NCBI GenBank assembly: GCA_001643675.2
Contig: LSRY02000021.1
Span: 62,001 to 126,000, forward strand
DNA from: Monocercomonoides exilis PA203
Taxonomy: Eukaryota; Protista; Preaxostyla
Direction of reading: 5' to 3'
DNA length: 64,000 nt
In this document: positions 37,001 through 51,200 of the stretch, in pieces
Layout of the letters: each line of letters starts with the position of its first letter
How positions within the stretch are numbered: the first letter of the stretch is position 1
The notes under the pieces: generated by a model
Told to the model about the DNA's origin: nothing
The model's database searches: none
The model's input: the letters and a program-made list of their open reading frames with translations, nothing else
Translations under genes and position numbers: made by a program

Positions 37001-39538
37001 TGCTCCAAACGAGCCCAATCTGCCGTGGGAAGAGACATCCAGTGACGCTGCACGTGAAGCAGCCATCGCAGCGAACTTGGCGCGATTGGGACTCGCCCCC
37101 AACCAGCCAGTTGCTTCCAACCCGTCAGCGCCACACGGCGCAGGCCTGGCGACGAAGATTGGGGTGCATGTGGATGAGTCGCAGCGGCAGGAGTGGGAGA
37201 AGGCGTTTGAAGAGGAGGAGAGGAAGGCAGCACAGCTGGAGAAGGAGAAGGCGAAGGAGGCACAGATGGAGGCTATTATGGGACTGGTGGGTAAAGGCGG
37301 GGCAGGAAGAGGAGGAAAAAGCAAAGTTGGAGTGGAAGTGAGTGGAAGAGGCGGCAAAAGAGTTGGACAGAACTACAAACAGGATCATGCGCTGATGAAG
37401 GCAGAGCCAGCGAAGGAGAAGAACGATGTGTCGAAGATCAAAGCGCAACTGCTGGGGAAAGGAGGCAATGGGCAAGATGACTCAGATGAGCTGCATGGAA
37501 TCAAGAGAGTGAGAAGAGGAGGGATGGAGGAGCACATCAAGAGACTGCACGACATGCGGAGGAAGGAGTTTGAGAAGGCAATGGGCGGAGCAGGTGTGCT
37601 GTCGGCAGAGCAGCAGAGAGAGGAAGAGGAGAGGAGGAAGGAAATGGAAGCTGAGAAGCCGTGGAAGAAGAAGAAGAAGAGTGGAGAAGGAGAAGCAAAC
37701 GATGCAAAGGCAGAGTGGAAACAGAAGGAAGCAGAAGAGAAAAAGAAGAAAGACGAAGAAGAAGCAGAGCGGAAGAAAGAAGTGGAAGAGGCCAAGAAAA
37801 GAGCAAAAGAGAAAGCAGAAAAGGAAAGGAAAGAGCTGAGAGAGATGATGGCAAAGCAGAGAAAGGAGCTGATGAAGCAGAAGAAGGAAGAGAACAAAGC
37901 AGACTCAAAAACCGAAGTGAAAACAGAAGGAGGCGGCATTCAGATGGTTGAAGGAGTGTTTGTGCCGGCGTATCGCAGTCTGCTGCCGGCAAAAGGGAAG
38001 ACGCCTCTTCAGCCGCAGCAGCAGGAGGACAGCAACCACACCGATGCTGCTGAGCCAGCTGCTGTCATTCCAACCTCTTCGCCTCCTTCTGCCTCTGCAA
38101 AGAAGACATCGATTGCAATGAAAATGCCACCTCTTCCGCCTTCCCGTTTTGCGCCTATTCCTTCCAATTCAGCTGCTGCCTCGCCGTCTGGCACGCCATT
38201 CACTTCTGTGTTTGATGGTGAGAATGCACACGGCAAGAAGCAGCAGACGTTTGGAACAGGAGTTGAGTGGAAGAAGGCAGATTCAGATGAAAACGAGCAG
38301 ATGAAGGATGAAGACAGCAAGAGAAGCAGAGAAGAAGAAGAAGATGATGATGATGATGATGATGAAGAGAATTCAAACACAGAACACAGTGAAAGTGTAA
38401 AGAAAAGCGATAGAAAAGAAGAAAGAGAAGAAGAAAGCGACGACGATGATGAGAAAGAGGAAGATGAAGATGACTCCTCGTCGGATGAAGATGTGGAGCT
38501 TGTTGTGTTCAAAGACAGCGCCGACGAAGAAGAAGACGAAGATGTTCATGCAGCCAGAGAGTTCAACGATATGCTGGCTGATCTTCAGGATGTGCTGGCT
38601 ACAGAAGACAACAAAGATGCTGATGAGAGCGAAGGAGAAGAGGATTCGGACAAAAGCGAAAGAAGCAGCAGAGGAGAGGACGACGACGAAGACAGCGAAG
38701 AGAACGACGATGAAGTCGTCTCAGTCAAAATGTATGGCACACTCGGAACAGTCTGCGAAGAAGATGAAGATGAGAATGAGAGCAGCGAAGGCAAATCAGC
38801 TGGGGTCAATAGAAACAAAGAGGAGAAAGCATCTAGTTCTTCTTCACCTTCATCATCAAGCACAGCATCTCCTCCTCCTCAGAGAAAAAGGAGAAGTTGG
38901 AACAAAGGCATTAAGAGCAAGTATGACACTGCTTATTAAACAATCTGTTTCATTCATTCATATTTTTTTTCATTCAATTTCTTTTTGTTTTGCACCAATT
39001 TTGTGCTTTTTCTTAGTGCTCCTTTGGACAAGCCATCCACACAGAAGTTTCATGAGTTGGGGCAGACACTTCATCTGCCAGGCGTTTCAGCGGTGGATTC
39101 GCTTTGCTATCGTATTGAAAGCCTTCGAGTGCATTGCGAGCAAATTGTTGATGTTGAAAAGTATGAAATGGAATTGATGAAATTGACTTTGATATGAAAA
39201 ATATTCATTCATGAACATTTTTTATGACCTTTTCCTTTTCATTTTTCTAATTTCTTTCTCTCTCATTGCTTTCTCTTCTTTTTACTTACAATCTTATTCA
39301 TTTGAAAACTCTCAGGTTTGTTCTGCTGTACCGCTCGATGAAAGAGCTTCTGGAAGACGAAGAAGGCGAAGGCGAAATGTCAGTGGAAGAGGCGCGGAGT
39401 GTGATGGGAGTCGATTCATCAGCCGAAGGGCAGCCAAACGAAGAGGACATACTCAGGCTAATCACTTTGATCAACCAGCTTCTTTACTGCGAGGAGAGGC
39501 TGGACGAAATGCACTCGAGAGACGAAGAAGAGCTGTAG
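34080..39538 (+). CDS. NEK1: NIMA-related kinase (NEK1-like), multi-exon, with coiled coil and conserved C-terminal domain
   Basis: [64 protein letters not shown]; C-terminal [31 protein letters not shown]. Confidence 0.88.
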
Positions 39539-40050
39539 AATGTGGATGCCGAAGAAGTTGGATGCTCTTTTATGACTTCTTTTATTTCATCATCATGGCT
39601 TTCTTGACAAGGCTTTCAAAGGACATTTTCTATGTTTTGTATTCAATTATCTTTTATGTTGTACCAATATTCCATAAATCACTTGTGGAATATTTGAAGC
39701 ACTTGTTTTGCTTTCTTGAAAAACTTGTTTTTCTCTTTCGAATTGCTCAAAAATTCATCCTTTCCCTCAACACGTCGCCTTTTATCATCTCATTCCTTTC
39801 ATTTCTCAGCAACATCTTTTTTGCACGTCACCCAAATATTGCAGATTCAACATCTCTTTCTTGTATTTTATGTCATACGCTGCAGAATTCTTGAGACAAA
39901 ACCACAAAAAACAAACACGTGAAAATAAACAAAATTATTTATAACAGAAAAAATCTTGATAAACGTAAAAAAAGAATGAAACGAAAAAAGAATACTAAAT
40001 ATCTATTTAAAACGAAAAGACCAAAAATAAGTGATAAGATGAATTTCTAA

Positions 40051-42969
40051 TTATTCAACATTTTCTATTCCCGCATCATCCTCATCCAACGGAGGAAATG
40101 CCAAGCAATGCTGGTCGGAATCTCTGAGAAGCAAGAAAGGCTTCAAAAATCTTCTTTCCTCTTCATCCCTTGCTTCACTCTCAAGTGATGCATCCTCCAT
40201 TTCCTTCTCGTCTGTGCCATCTTCTGAGTCTGTCTGTCTTTTCCCCTTTGCCTTGTTCCCTGCTTCTTCTGAGTGCACACCCCATCTGAGGCTCCTGATT
40301 GTGAAGTGTGGGTGTGGCGGAGCAACACAGCTGATGCCGTTCTTCGAGTAGAGGTAGAGCACAGACGGTGCAGCAGGCGATGTGGAATAGGAAAACTGTG
40401 CTTGTGAAGGAGGAGAGGCAGTGCAGAAGGCAAGAACAGAGGGATATTCAAACGAGCCTGAAGTGTTTTTATAGCAAGGACACCTAAATAAATATGAATA
40501 AAATGAAAGGGAAAAGAAAATGTATTTTTTATTTTATTTTTTGAAATTTGAGAAAGAAAAACAAAATTGTTTCAAAAGTACATGCAAAAAAAGGATGAGG
40601 AAAATAAAGAAGACAAACCATTGGATGTCTTTGATGTACTTGCTGGTGATGATGAGGGCACACAACGTGAGTGAAGAGACATCCCAAATCCAAATGCAAT
40701 GAGGCGAAGATTCTGATTGATCACAATAAAATGCAATATTTAAATAAAAAAAAGAAAGAAAGAAAGAAAAAGTGGTTTCATAAATGCAAAGAAAATTATG
40801 AATAAACAATTGGGGAAAAAAAATTGAATTTCACAAATAATAAGTGGATAAAATTTGCAAAAAACAAACCAGAAACGGAAGCCAGAAACTGACCCGAAGA
40901 TGACCATTCCAACATCTTCACGCCACTCTTCATCAGTGGAGGCACTGAAGAAGCAGAAGACGATGAAGACGAGAAAGAAAGTGAAGATGCAGATGAGGTG
41001 GAAGAGGTAGAGGAGAATGAAGAAGAAGATGATGATGAAGTGCCTTTTGATGAGGAAGAAGCAAAAGAAGAAGAAGACGGAAGAGAAAGAAGAGAAGACA
41101 AGGCAGATGAGCTGTATGACGAAGAGGCAGAAGGAAACATCTTCGTCAGGCAGAGCACAGCCGACGGAGGATATTGCGACTGCTTCTCCTGAGATGCAGA
41201 AGATGAGGAAAAAGAAGAAGAGACAGAAGAGAAATGGGAAGAAAGGCAGGCTGAAGTGCTTTGTGGGTGAGTGAACACAACATTCTTCATTTGCTCTGCT
41301 TTTGTGCGCGAAAGATCTCCGTCGCTTTTTTTCTTCGCTGCGTTTTCGGCTGTTTTGCTGCCTTCGCTTTTTGCTGCAGAGCTGTCAGCTTTCAAAGAAA
41401 CGAGCGTAAAAGACGACGGAACAGAAGGTGACGGAGGGTTTTCTTTGAAGATGAGTGTGAGTGGCGTCAGTTGTGACAGCAGCGGAGTGGCAGGGCTCTG
41501 AGTGGATGAAGTGAAAGGAAAGGAAGATTGCGAAGGAAGTGTCAGTGGAATCGTCGGGAGATGGACGAAGCCGTCGAAGGGAAGAGAAAACGGAAGCAGT
41601 TGGATGAGACGAACCTGCACGAAACAAGAACAAGTACATTTAAATAAAATAATAATAAAGGATAAAATAAAATAAAAAATAATAATTATTAAATTCAGTT
41701 TAAGTTCAGAATCAACTGTAAAATTGCACAAATTGACTGAAAAATAACTTTAAATAGCTCACGAAAATGAAGCACAAAGCCAAAATACGAAAATGACCAA
41801 AAGGAAGTTTATATAAACTTATTACACATAAAATAACATTCACATCAAATAGAGTTCACTGACAACTGAATAAACACAAAGCATACAACATCATCAAAGC
41901 CACCAATGGCAATCAAAGAGCTTTGCTTATTGTTGGACCTTCGCACAAGCCTTGTGGAGAACGAAGGAGAAATAACCAAAGATGACTGCACAGAAGATTG
42001 TTGTGGCTGAGTTTGAGTGCTGGCTCCAAGTGGAAGTGAAGATGTTGGAGAAACAGAACGTTCATGTGATTGTGACATGCCATGCGAAGAAAATGGAATG
42101 GGAGGAGAAACAACAACGGATTGAAGCGACAAAGGCAACGCTGAAGAGGGAAATTGGCTGTACAGTTTCCCGTCCAAAGTATAGAAGAGCATTTTACCTT
42201 CCAAAACAGAATCTGATACTCCAATCACATATGAAGGTTGAGCAAATGATTGATCACCAGAAGAAAAGTCAGATAACGAATTGGAAATGGTAATTCCAGA
42301 TGCATCAACTGTATCAACTGGAAATGTCTTTAAGTTTTGTTCATCAAATAGAATGAAACACAACATTTATGAAAAAAAATAAAAAAACCAAACACGAATC
42401 AAATTCCAATCACTTGCAGAAATTATATTCACAAAATCTCTGCTTTTCCTTCGCTCAAGAATAAATAGGAATGCTCCATCTTCGCTGAACGCGAAACTTC
42501 CTTTTGAATGTTTGGGGTATTTTATTGAAAATATTGAAGAATCAGTCAGCGAATATATGGTAGCTTTAAGCTGAAGGTGAGAAAAAGAAATTAAATGTCG
42601 AGAATCTGGAGTCCACAGAATTCTCGAGCAACCTAAAGCACCAAAGTCCAATTCACATCTCCATTGAGGTTCAAGAAGAGAAAAAAGTTGCGCCATTCCC
42701 CGTTTTTTATTGCTTTGGAATTGAAAAGCATTATAAAAATACGAATTAATGCGCTTTTAAAAACACAAATCATACCAGCAACAAACTAATGACGAATCAG
42801 GAGACCATTTGATTTGTTCAATTTTGAAACTTACAGTAAACTGACCAACAACAAACAAGGATTTTGCATTTCTCAAAGTTATGCCTTGAGAACTAATAGA
42901 GCATATATAAAGACCATTGGGAGATATTTTTGATGACGAACTATGAGGAAAAGGAAAAGAGAAATCCAT
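40051..42969 (-). CDS. WRAP73: WD-repeat protein WRAP73/WDR8 (centrosome/cilia), multi-exon
   Basis: MDFS..KISPNG, IKWSPDS, PQWRCELDFGALGCSRILWTPDSRHL, IKYPKH..FSEDG..ERRKSRDFV, GVKMLEWSSSGQFLA, CIWIWDV..LYLYS. Confidence 0.85.
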
Positions 42970-45458
42970 ATTTTGAGAATTTAATAATGGGAGAAAACTT
43001 AAGCAAATTCAAATATTTTGGAAAACAAAGCAATTCACTTGCAAATAAATAAAAGATAAAACAGAAATGTTATTTAATTGAAAATCAAAGCAATTTATTG
43101 GTATCAATTTCTTGAACATGAATCAAAAAAATTTTTTTTCATTCCCAAAAAGGTTTGCATTCCTTTGCATATTTGGAAATTTTTTCCTTTACCAAAACTT
43201 TTTTTGAAGATGAATTTGTTGGAACCAAAAATGATTATTCGTCATCTTCCTATCACATGAGTTTGCAGATCAGCGACGTTGCATTTGTGCTATAAACATG
43301 AAAGGATAACACTGTGCATCATATATCCATTTATAGTTAGTGTTAATAATGGTGGACACTTTCAATAACCGTGGACAATGAATATTATTGTGGGTTTGGC
43401 CTTTTTTTTTGGTTTTTGCCGTTTCAAAAATTATCAGTTATTGCAATGAAAAAAGTTATTTTATAACCATTTGATGTGTTAAAATAAAAAGTTAGAATAT
43501 TCAAAAACGTAAACTTTATGGGAACAAACTACAAGAATAAAAGGTTTGATCGATTGAAACTTTTAATGATAGAAAATTCATCGAAAAAAAGAACTTATGA
43601 ATCTTCTGTTGATTTCTCAACAGTTCACGACAAAATAATACAGATTTTCAGTCCAAACACAGCCGATACAGTTTACAACGACATATCTAATGCATCACCT
43701 TCTGATAACTTTGAATTAGTGAAATCTTTGCATTCATCAATTTCAATTCATTCACCAGCCAAAGATTCGTGTCGCACGATAGCGTTTATTACTCCTTTTG
43801 GAAAAACAAGAGTTGATTCAATATTGAATACTCCTCTTGAACAGAAATCAAAGCAAAAAGGCAAACCTTTGTCGATTGATGCTAAAGAAGAAGAAAAACT
43901 TGTCAAGCTTTGTATTCAAAAATATGATGAAGGAGATCCATTTACGCAACGGACATTTCTTGATTATGTGAATCAAACTTATGAAAAAACTTTAACATAC
44001 AACTACAGTCGCTATTTCCTGAAAAGGTATCAGTCTAATCTTGATGAGCAAATTGCAACTCCATTGGAAAGCAAACGGTATGTTGTTACACAAGACAGTG
44101 GATTAGAATACAAAAATAAATTGACACAAAAACTTGATGGAATTAGAGCAGAGCTAATATTCTGTATGGACGAGACAGGCGTCCAAGAGTTTGTTGATTC
44201 GAAAAAAAGAAGAGTGATATGTCCAAAAGAAATTGTTAAGGGAAGTGCAAAATTCAAGGTTAATCGAGACAACAGATTAGTATCTGTTATTGGTTGTATC
44301 CCATTAATTGGATTTTCCGTAAAACCGATGCTGCTGATCAAAAGACAAACAATTGATGAAGATACATACTCAAAACTTATTTTAGGACTCGATTTGGAAA
44401 TTAGATCATCTCCCAAAGGTTACAGTACATCTATAGCATTTGTCCATTGGATCAACGATTGCTTTATACCTCACATAAATAAAATAAAGACAAATATCAA
44501 CGAAAAAACTCTATTACTGGCTGATGGTCATTCATCCCATTCCTCGCAAGAAGCAAATGACTTATTATTGAGCAATAATATTGATTTGTTTTTTATTCCT
44601 CCACATTCTTCACATTTATTATCTCCTTTAGATCTTACCACTTTTTCCATTTTTAAAAGAGAAATTCGAAGATTATCAACAATCGTGCCTTCAACAACTC
44701 AAGCAAAGCTGGTTGACAACATAGTGCGAAGCTATCAAACGGCTACAGTTCCATATTGAAATCGAGCAGGATTTCTTAGAGCAGGAATATCTATAAAACG
44801 AGTTAATTCCACTTTTGCTGGTGAATTGAACAAAGATCATATCGATAAACAAATTAATCAAATGAATTCAGGAGACAAACAAAGGATTTAACAATTGAAA
44901 AGCCTATAATAATGAATTACGAAAATTTGGATTCATGGATATCTGAAAATGCAGAGATGCTTTCCAAAGCATTAAAGAAAAAACGAATCAAAATTGGATC
45001 TGATAAAGATTTGTCATTCACGAGAAAAAGAGAAGATCAATCAAATTCAAAGCATGTTATTATGAAACGAAAGTACAGCAAAAAAAACAAGTCGAAAAAA
45101 GATAACACGGAGAGAATGGGAAAGATTGAAAGCAACAGAAAAAAAATCAAATTCAATGAGCAAAGAGGTTACATTCGCCCTTTCGATGACACTAAGTTGC
45201 TAAGAAAAAAAAGAAAGGCTTACGAATACACATGTGAGAATAGCTGCAGATATAAAAGCCAATGCCTATTTCAGACAAACGATTTCACCGCCATATGTGC
45301 AAACCAAACAGAAACAGAGATTGATGATAACGATTGTGAACACTGCAATGACAACGATATGAACATCAATTTGGAATTGATAGACAATGATGAGACAGAA
45401 AATTGTGAAGGTGATGATGATCTTGATCAGAAGGATAATGAAAAAAGCAATTCTGAGC

Positions 45459-47855
45459 GGCATAGGTCTAAATTGTACCAGTAGTGAATATGATATAATT
45501 TGATGAATATTTGAAATATTATTGATTGTCATAATTAATTAACACTGTACTATCAAAAAAATTTCAAAAATCTTTTATTAAAAAATAAAACAAAAATATA
45601 TGATCAAACCCATAAAAACACTTTTATTTTTTCATTTTTTATTTTAACAAACGTATTGTGACAGTTAAATTGTTAATAACCGAATTAATGTTCACATAAA
45701 ATAAATTTCTTCGTATTTCAATGATTTTATTTCATAAATTTGCTTTTCGTTGGTTGTGATCAAATTATATTAGAAGAATGATGCATGCTTGATAATTAGA
45801 AGTTTTTTACAGAGAACTTAATTATAAATGAAGAAAAATAATTAATTAGGTGAGAATGGGGTGGATCGAAGACAACAGGAGAAAGCGACTCGTGCACTGA
45901 TGGAAAATCGAGTGGCGGGGCTATTTTCATGTACAGCAAGGGAAATGGAGAACTATCTGTTTCACATTGTCTGTTTAATAACTGTTTTTCATTCAGTTGT
46001 GGAGGTGGAATTATGTGCCTATCAATTGATTTTGTGGATATCGAAAATAATGTGTTCAACGCCTGTACAGCACAAAATCAATATGGAGGAGGATTATATG
46101 TGAATTGAATTTCTACGTGTGCTCAGATCAGAGGATGTGAATTCCAGAATTGAAAAGCAAATAGCTATGGAGGTGTTCTTAATCTTAATAATTTTAACGT
46201 TTCAGGAATAGGATGCATTGAAGCAGAAAATGAAGGAGGAGAGAGTGCATGTGTATTCGACTGCATTTTCACTTCATGCTCACTTTCTGGATCAAATGGA
46301 GGAGGCCTGTATTGGGCTACTGTTCCTTATCAATTCAAAATGAGGAGCATTCAGTTTATCTCCTGTACAGCTTCGTCACAAGGTGGGGGAATGAGACTGG
46401 ATCCAAATCAAGCAACAGGGCTAGTTGATAGGTGCTATTGTTATTTCCTTTTCTTTCATGAATGTAAATGCTCTGCTAATATTCCATATGGGCATGATTT
46501 AGAATTTGCAGATTATGACAATGTTTTTTTGAGCACAGGAAATCCGTTCAAATAATGCTCCACCACAAACACAGATGAACAGAGGGCGTGCTGTGCATAC
46601 AATTATACGGGAAGCAACTGGTCTGTTCAGCACACGGAAAAGAAGGATTAGCTGAAGAGAGGGATTCTCAACCGATTTGTCGCAGTGAGCGGATAGCAGC
46701 ACAGACCAGTTGTGCGAAACGGATGAGATTACTGCATTCCATGCCATTGACATTGCAGTCAATTGGAGTAGAACACAGACAAGTTAAGTGGTTTCTCTGT
46801 TGGAAGGGAATCATTGCAATGAAGAGACAGCAACAATTAATTTTGGATTTATGAAGATTTCTGTTTTGGGGAAAGGGAAGGAAGTAAGTGTGATTGGGAC
46901 GAATTCACTTTCTTCATCTTCAAAAACGCTGTTCAGTGTGGCAAGCGGGCAGCAAGCGGTAGGGCATGTGGGAATTGATCACTACGCGACAAGAGATTCT
47001 TCACCGAGCGTATTTGTGGTGCCTGTGGAGAGCGAGGCTCTTTCTCCGGAGGATGTTTTGATCTCGTAGAGTGTTTGTGGAGAATGTGTGACATGTTCAT
47101 CTGTGTTTATGACATTCTTCTCATGGCTAAAGATGGTTGATGTCGAGATAAAAAATATGAAAGCGAATCGACCTCTGTTCACTGAACTATCATCAACAGA
47201 ATCAATATCAGGAGAAAGTCTTCTGGAAATTTGACAATACGAAATGTGAATCGGACAACAGGAGATGAAGTGGTGATGGCAAAGAGGATAAAGAGAGGAG
47301 AGACATTTATGGTGTGGAATACAACAATTGAAGGATGTGAGTGTGCGAATGGGAATGGAGTGGGAATAAAAGCTGAGTTGACTTCTTCAACAAGCCAAGT
47401 TCGCATTGGATATCATTTTCGAAAGACGGAGTGATATTGAATTCTTGTAAGAAAATATTTCTAAATATAAATGAAGACTTTTTCAAATTGTCTTGATATT
47501 TCACATGTTATTCAATGCATTCTTTTCAAACTTTGCAATTTGAATATTTAAAGAAAATATAAAACAATATTCTGATTTGTTCTTTTCTTTAAAAAGAAGA
47601 TGAAATGAAAAAAACAACAAAACAATAAATGCAGTTAATAATCAAAACATAGCTCAAATACATTCATAAAATAAAAAAATGAAAAAATGAAAGAATTTTT
47701 ATGGGTTTGATCAAAAATTTTTGTTTGCTTTTTGAATTAAAAATTTATGAAATTTTTTTGATAGTACAGTGTTAATTAATTATGACAATCAATAATATTT
47801 CAAATATTCATCAAATTATATCATATTCACTACTGGTACAATTTAGACCTATGCC
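45459..47855. mobile_element. 2.4 kb non-autonomous TIR element (Pack-type; Mutator- or Merlin-like ends) with 8-bp TSD
   Basis: Termini GGCATAGGTCTAAATTG... / ...CAATTTAGACCTATGCC; 108 bp perfect inverted repeat extending imperfectly to ~200 bp; TSD TTCTGAGC at 45451-58 and 47856-63. Confidence 0.93.
45850..47434 (+). pseudogene. Captured, decayed internal fragment of a Cys/Gly-rich beta-helix-like (GGAI/GGG repeat) surface-protein gene
   Basis: Translation across stops: SSGGAIFMYS..CLFNNC..GGGIMC..CTAQNQYGGGLYV..SCTASSQGGGMRL..LLEGNH..NVNRTTGD..IEGCECANGNG; multiple nonsense codons and at least one frameshift; no start or end of gene. Confidence 0.75.
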
Positions 47856-48279
47856 TTCTGAGCCTAGTGATGAATGCAAATGCACTGTATATCACACAAG
47901 AAGCATTCGAATTCAAAAATACTCCAATATCTATCAAAATGACCTTGAATCATCTGAGGATGACATTTGATAAATAAAAGTTATGCAAGAAGACTGCAAT
48001 AACAATATATCATCTTCATAAGATATTAGAAATTACCAACAAATAAAATCATTAAACATTGAAGCCATGTTCATTGACAGAAATCAAAATCATTTAGAAT
48101 TCATTAAACAGTTATTTATAGAAATTAATGTTAGTGTGCTCTTCACAGTATAGTTTAATTATGATTATAATTTTACACTTTTTTCTTCAAGAGTTTTCTT
48201 TCCTTTTCTCTAATTTCCCATATAAATATTTTATATACATTGTCACAGATGCTTCTGACAGATAAATAAAGTGCAAAGG

Positions 48280-51200
48280 GAAGGCCAAAAAACAAAATGA
48301 GCAACGACTATAGTTTGATTCATTTTTTGAACTGATTGACTAAAGAAACTTCGAGAAAAGCATTGATTAACACAAACTGAGGAAAACGGATTTAAGTGAA
48401 GCAGGTTTGTCAAGAAATCAAAACAAATTTCGTTAAAGATATAAAAATTTTTAATTATTTGTTTTTCATATTTTTTTGTTTTATTGACGTCAGATATTGA
48501 TTTGTGAGAGTTATATAATAACAGAATAAAGCTGATGACTATTTCATAGTAAAAACAAGCTCGTTAATAACATGCTGATGCAGGAAATTTTGAGTTGTTG
48601 ATGATTTGAAGAATAAAATGACGAAATAGTTGATTTTGTTATGGAATATTATGGAAAAGAAAAATTGAGCTCAATTTACACCAAAGTATTGATTGTCTCT
48701 GAGACGGAAAAATATCATAAGGAAAGTCCTGTTGCTTTGGGAAAAAACCCGAAAAAGATGATGAGGCAATAATTTATAGAGAAGAAATTTCAAATTGCAG
48801 CTCCGGAAAATAATAGTGAACAACTTTTGATTGAAGCTGGACTTCTTTTGAAAGATGGAAATTTTGAATGAAAAAGAGGAAGAATACGTGAAGAAAATGA
48901 GATAGAGGTCGAATAGGAAGAGGATGCAGAAAGAGTGGTTGAAATGATGATAGCACCAGCGGAAGATCGAAAATTCACGTCGAAGAAAATGAAGAAATGA
49001 AAAAACAAATTGTGCATTTTTTTAAAGAATAAAAAATATAAGAAGAAGAAGAATAATTGATTGAGTGTTTGAATGAAAAATGGAATGAAGAAAAAACTTC
49101 ACAGAAGATTAGATACATGTTCCGCATTTTTGACCAATTAAGAAAATTCAGAAGAAGTCTTCCATTCGCATTGCCGCTTCGCAGTTGTCACGAAGTTAAT
49201 TGGAAATGAAAAAGCGTTTGAAGAAGAAAAAAGACGAAGATGAAAGCGAAGGTGTAAAAGAAAATGGAAATATGAAAATAAAAGATGGGAGAATCAAAAC
49301 AAATACAACCTCTTTTTATGATCATTTTGATTCTCTGTTTCCCAAAATTATTTATCAGCTTCACGTTCACATTTTCCAGTCTCACACGCTTCTTCTTCGT
49401 CGTCCTCTTTTTTTCATTCATCTTTATCAGCACTGAACTCTTCACAATCATCACATAATTACTCTCCTCTCAAATCTTCAAACATGCAACTTTCATTTTG
49501 ATGATATGCTTCATATCTCTTCTTTTTTATTATAATCACTTCTTCTATTTCTCTTCATCTTCGTCATTCTTCTTCTTTCCTGTATTCTTTCATATTGTTT
49601 ATCACTCATCATTGATAATTACGAAGTGCAACTTCACTAACTGTTTTCAAAAATCTTCCAAATAGTGCTACCTCTTCCACAAACGAAAGCTTCAGGAAAT
49701 CCACACATTATTTTATGTTTCTTCACACATTCGGTCAATGCGTTTACATTTCAGACTGTTCATTATTGAAATAAATCAATATTCGATGCTTTCTGTTTTG
49801 CATTAAGTGAAAACTTGTAACATTCTATCGAAGTTCAAGTTGAGATTTTCAGCTTCTTCATTTGTTTTGCGCATGTTGGAAAGAACACAAGCCTTTTATA
49901 ATGAAGTGAGGAAGTGAACTCTTCTGTTTTCGATGAAGAGAAGGAAAATCCACTTTTTCAATTGACAAAATCTCACTGACTCTGAACTCTTCAAACGAGT
50001 CAATGAAAAGAAAGACGAAGAGGAAAATGAAGAATTTGAAGATGATGTTTATTTAGAAGGAAAGAAAGATGAAGGCTGGAAAGTGGAACTGTTATTGAAT
50101 GAAACTCAGTAGAAAGACCATTCGGATTTGCGTTCACTTCCGAAGCGATCTTGATTGAATGAAAATGAAAAATGATGTAGACATTGAATTGATAGCTGCA
50201 GAGTGGAAATTGCGTTTGGCTTCAAAGATTTACAATGCGTTGTCACCGGAAGCTAATCGTTCAGTGAATTGTTGAATCTATAAGAAGTTCATTCTCCGAA
50301 GGAAGAAACTGTTTTGGTCAAGTTGCATATAAGATGTTACCGAAATGATTACTCAACAGATATATAGACTGTTGCTAAAGAAGAAGAAAAAGCAACCAAT
50401 GAATATTTATATTGAGTCGAAGACATTTCAAGTTACGGAGCAAGAATTGATGCATTCTGTGTTTATTGGAGCTGATTCATCTCATTCTCTTATTTTTAGT
50501 GGAAAGATTTGACTGAGAATCTGTAGCTTTTGTTATTGAAGTTGTTATATAACTGTGGATAAAGATGATTCTGAGTTGAACAATCAGCTTTTATTATCAC
50601 TTTCTTTCGATGAACTCGATTTCAAAGACTGCTTTGTGATGATATTCCGAAAAGAATAAGCAACGGAGAAATAAAAGGAAGAAATGAGTTGATCTCTGAG
50701 AGTTGCAGATGAAGTTTCCATAAAATAGTGCAATAAATTCTGCCTTCAATTCCTTTTGTGTGTAAATGACTGATTATAAGAGTTGATCTTCAGCAGCATC
50801 CGAAAAGGCAAACATTAATACAGGTCTGGATATTTTTTTATTGAATTGCTTTGTTTCGAATGATATTTCTGAAAGCAAAATGAAGGAACATTCTGTTCAT
50901 CCGCTTTTTATTGACTTTTGATTTGTTTCAACTTTTCAAGATCTCCTTGAAATTCTTTGATCGTTTTGAACTTTTTTCTATCCAATTCAAAAAGAATTCA
51001 AGTTTTTTATTGTGTGATATTCATTCTTTCGATTTATCATGTATGAGTTATCTGAGTAACTTTGGTTCTTTTTATTGATATGCAAAATGTTTTATTAATT
51101 TTCTTTTGTTTTCTTTTTTTGATTATCTTTTCCCATTATATTTTTCATTTTTTATTGTTGATCAATGCTTTGTTTCTTCCACAACTTTAGCTCAACTCCC

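Larger units (their letters stand above)
43518..47970 (+). pseudogene. pogo/Fot1-type DD35D transposase, inactivated (TGA at 44757-59, frameshift ~44890, nested insertion 45459-47855)
   Basis: IFCMDETG, LLLADGHSSH, FIPPHSSHLLSPLD (35 residues between the 2nd and 3rd Asp); homology-like NRAGFLRAGI continues past the TGA; the C-terminal ORF KSNSE|PSDECK is restored in frame when the nested element is removed. Confidence 0.88.

Noticed and set aside
1984-42293. Numerous antisense and alternative-frame ORFs rich in S/F/L or E/K/M
   Set aside because: They are shadows of low-complexity codon repeats in the real genes and show no domain motifs.
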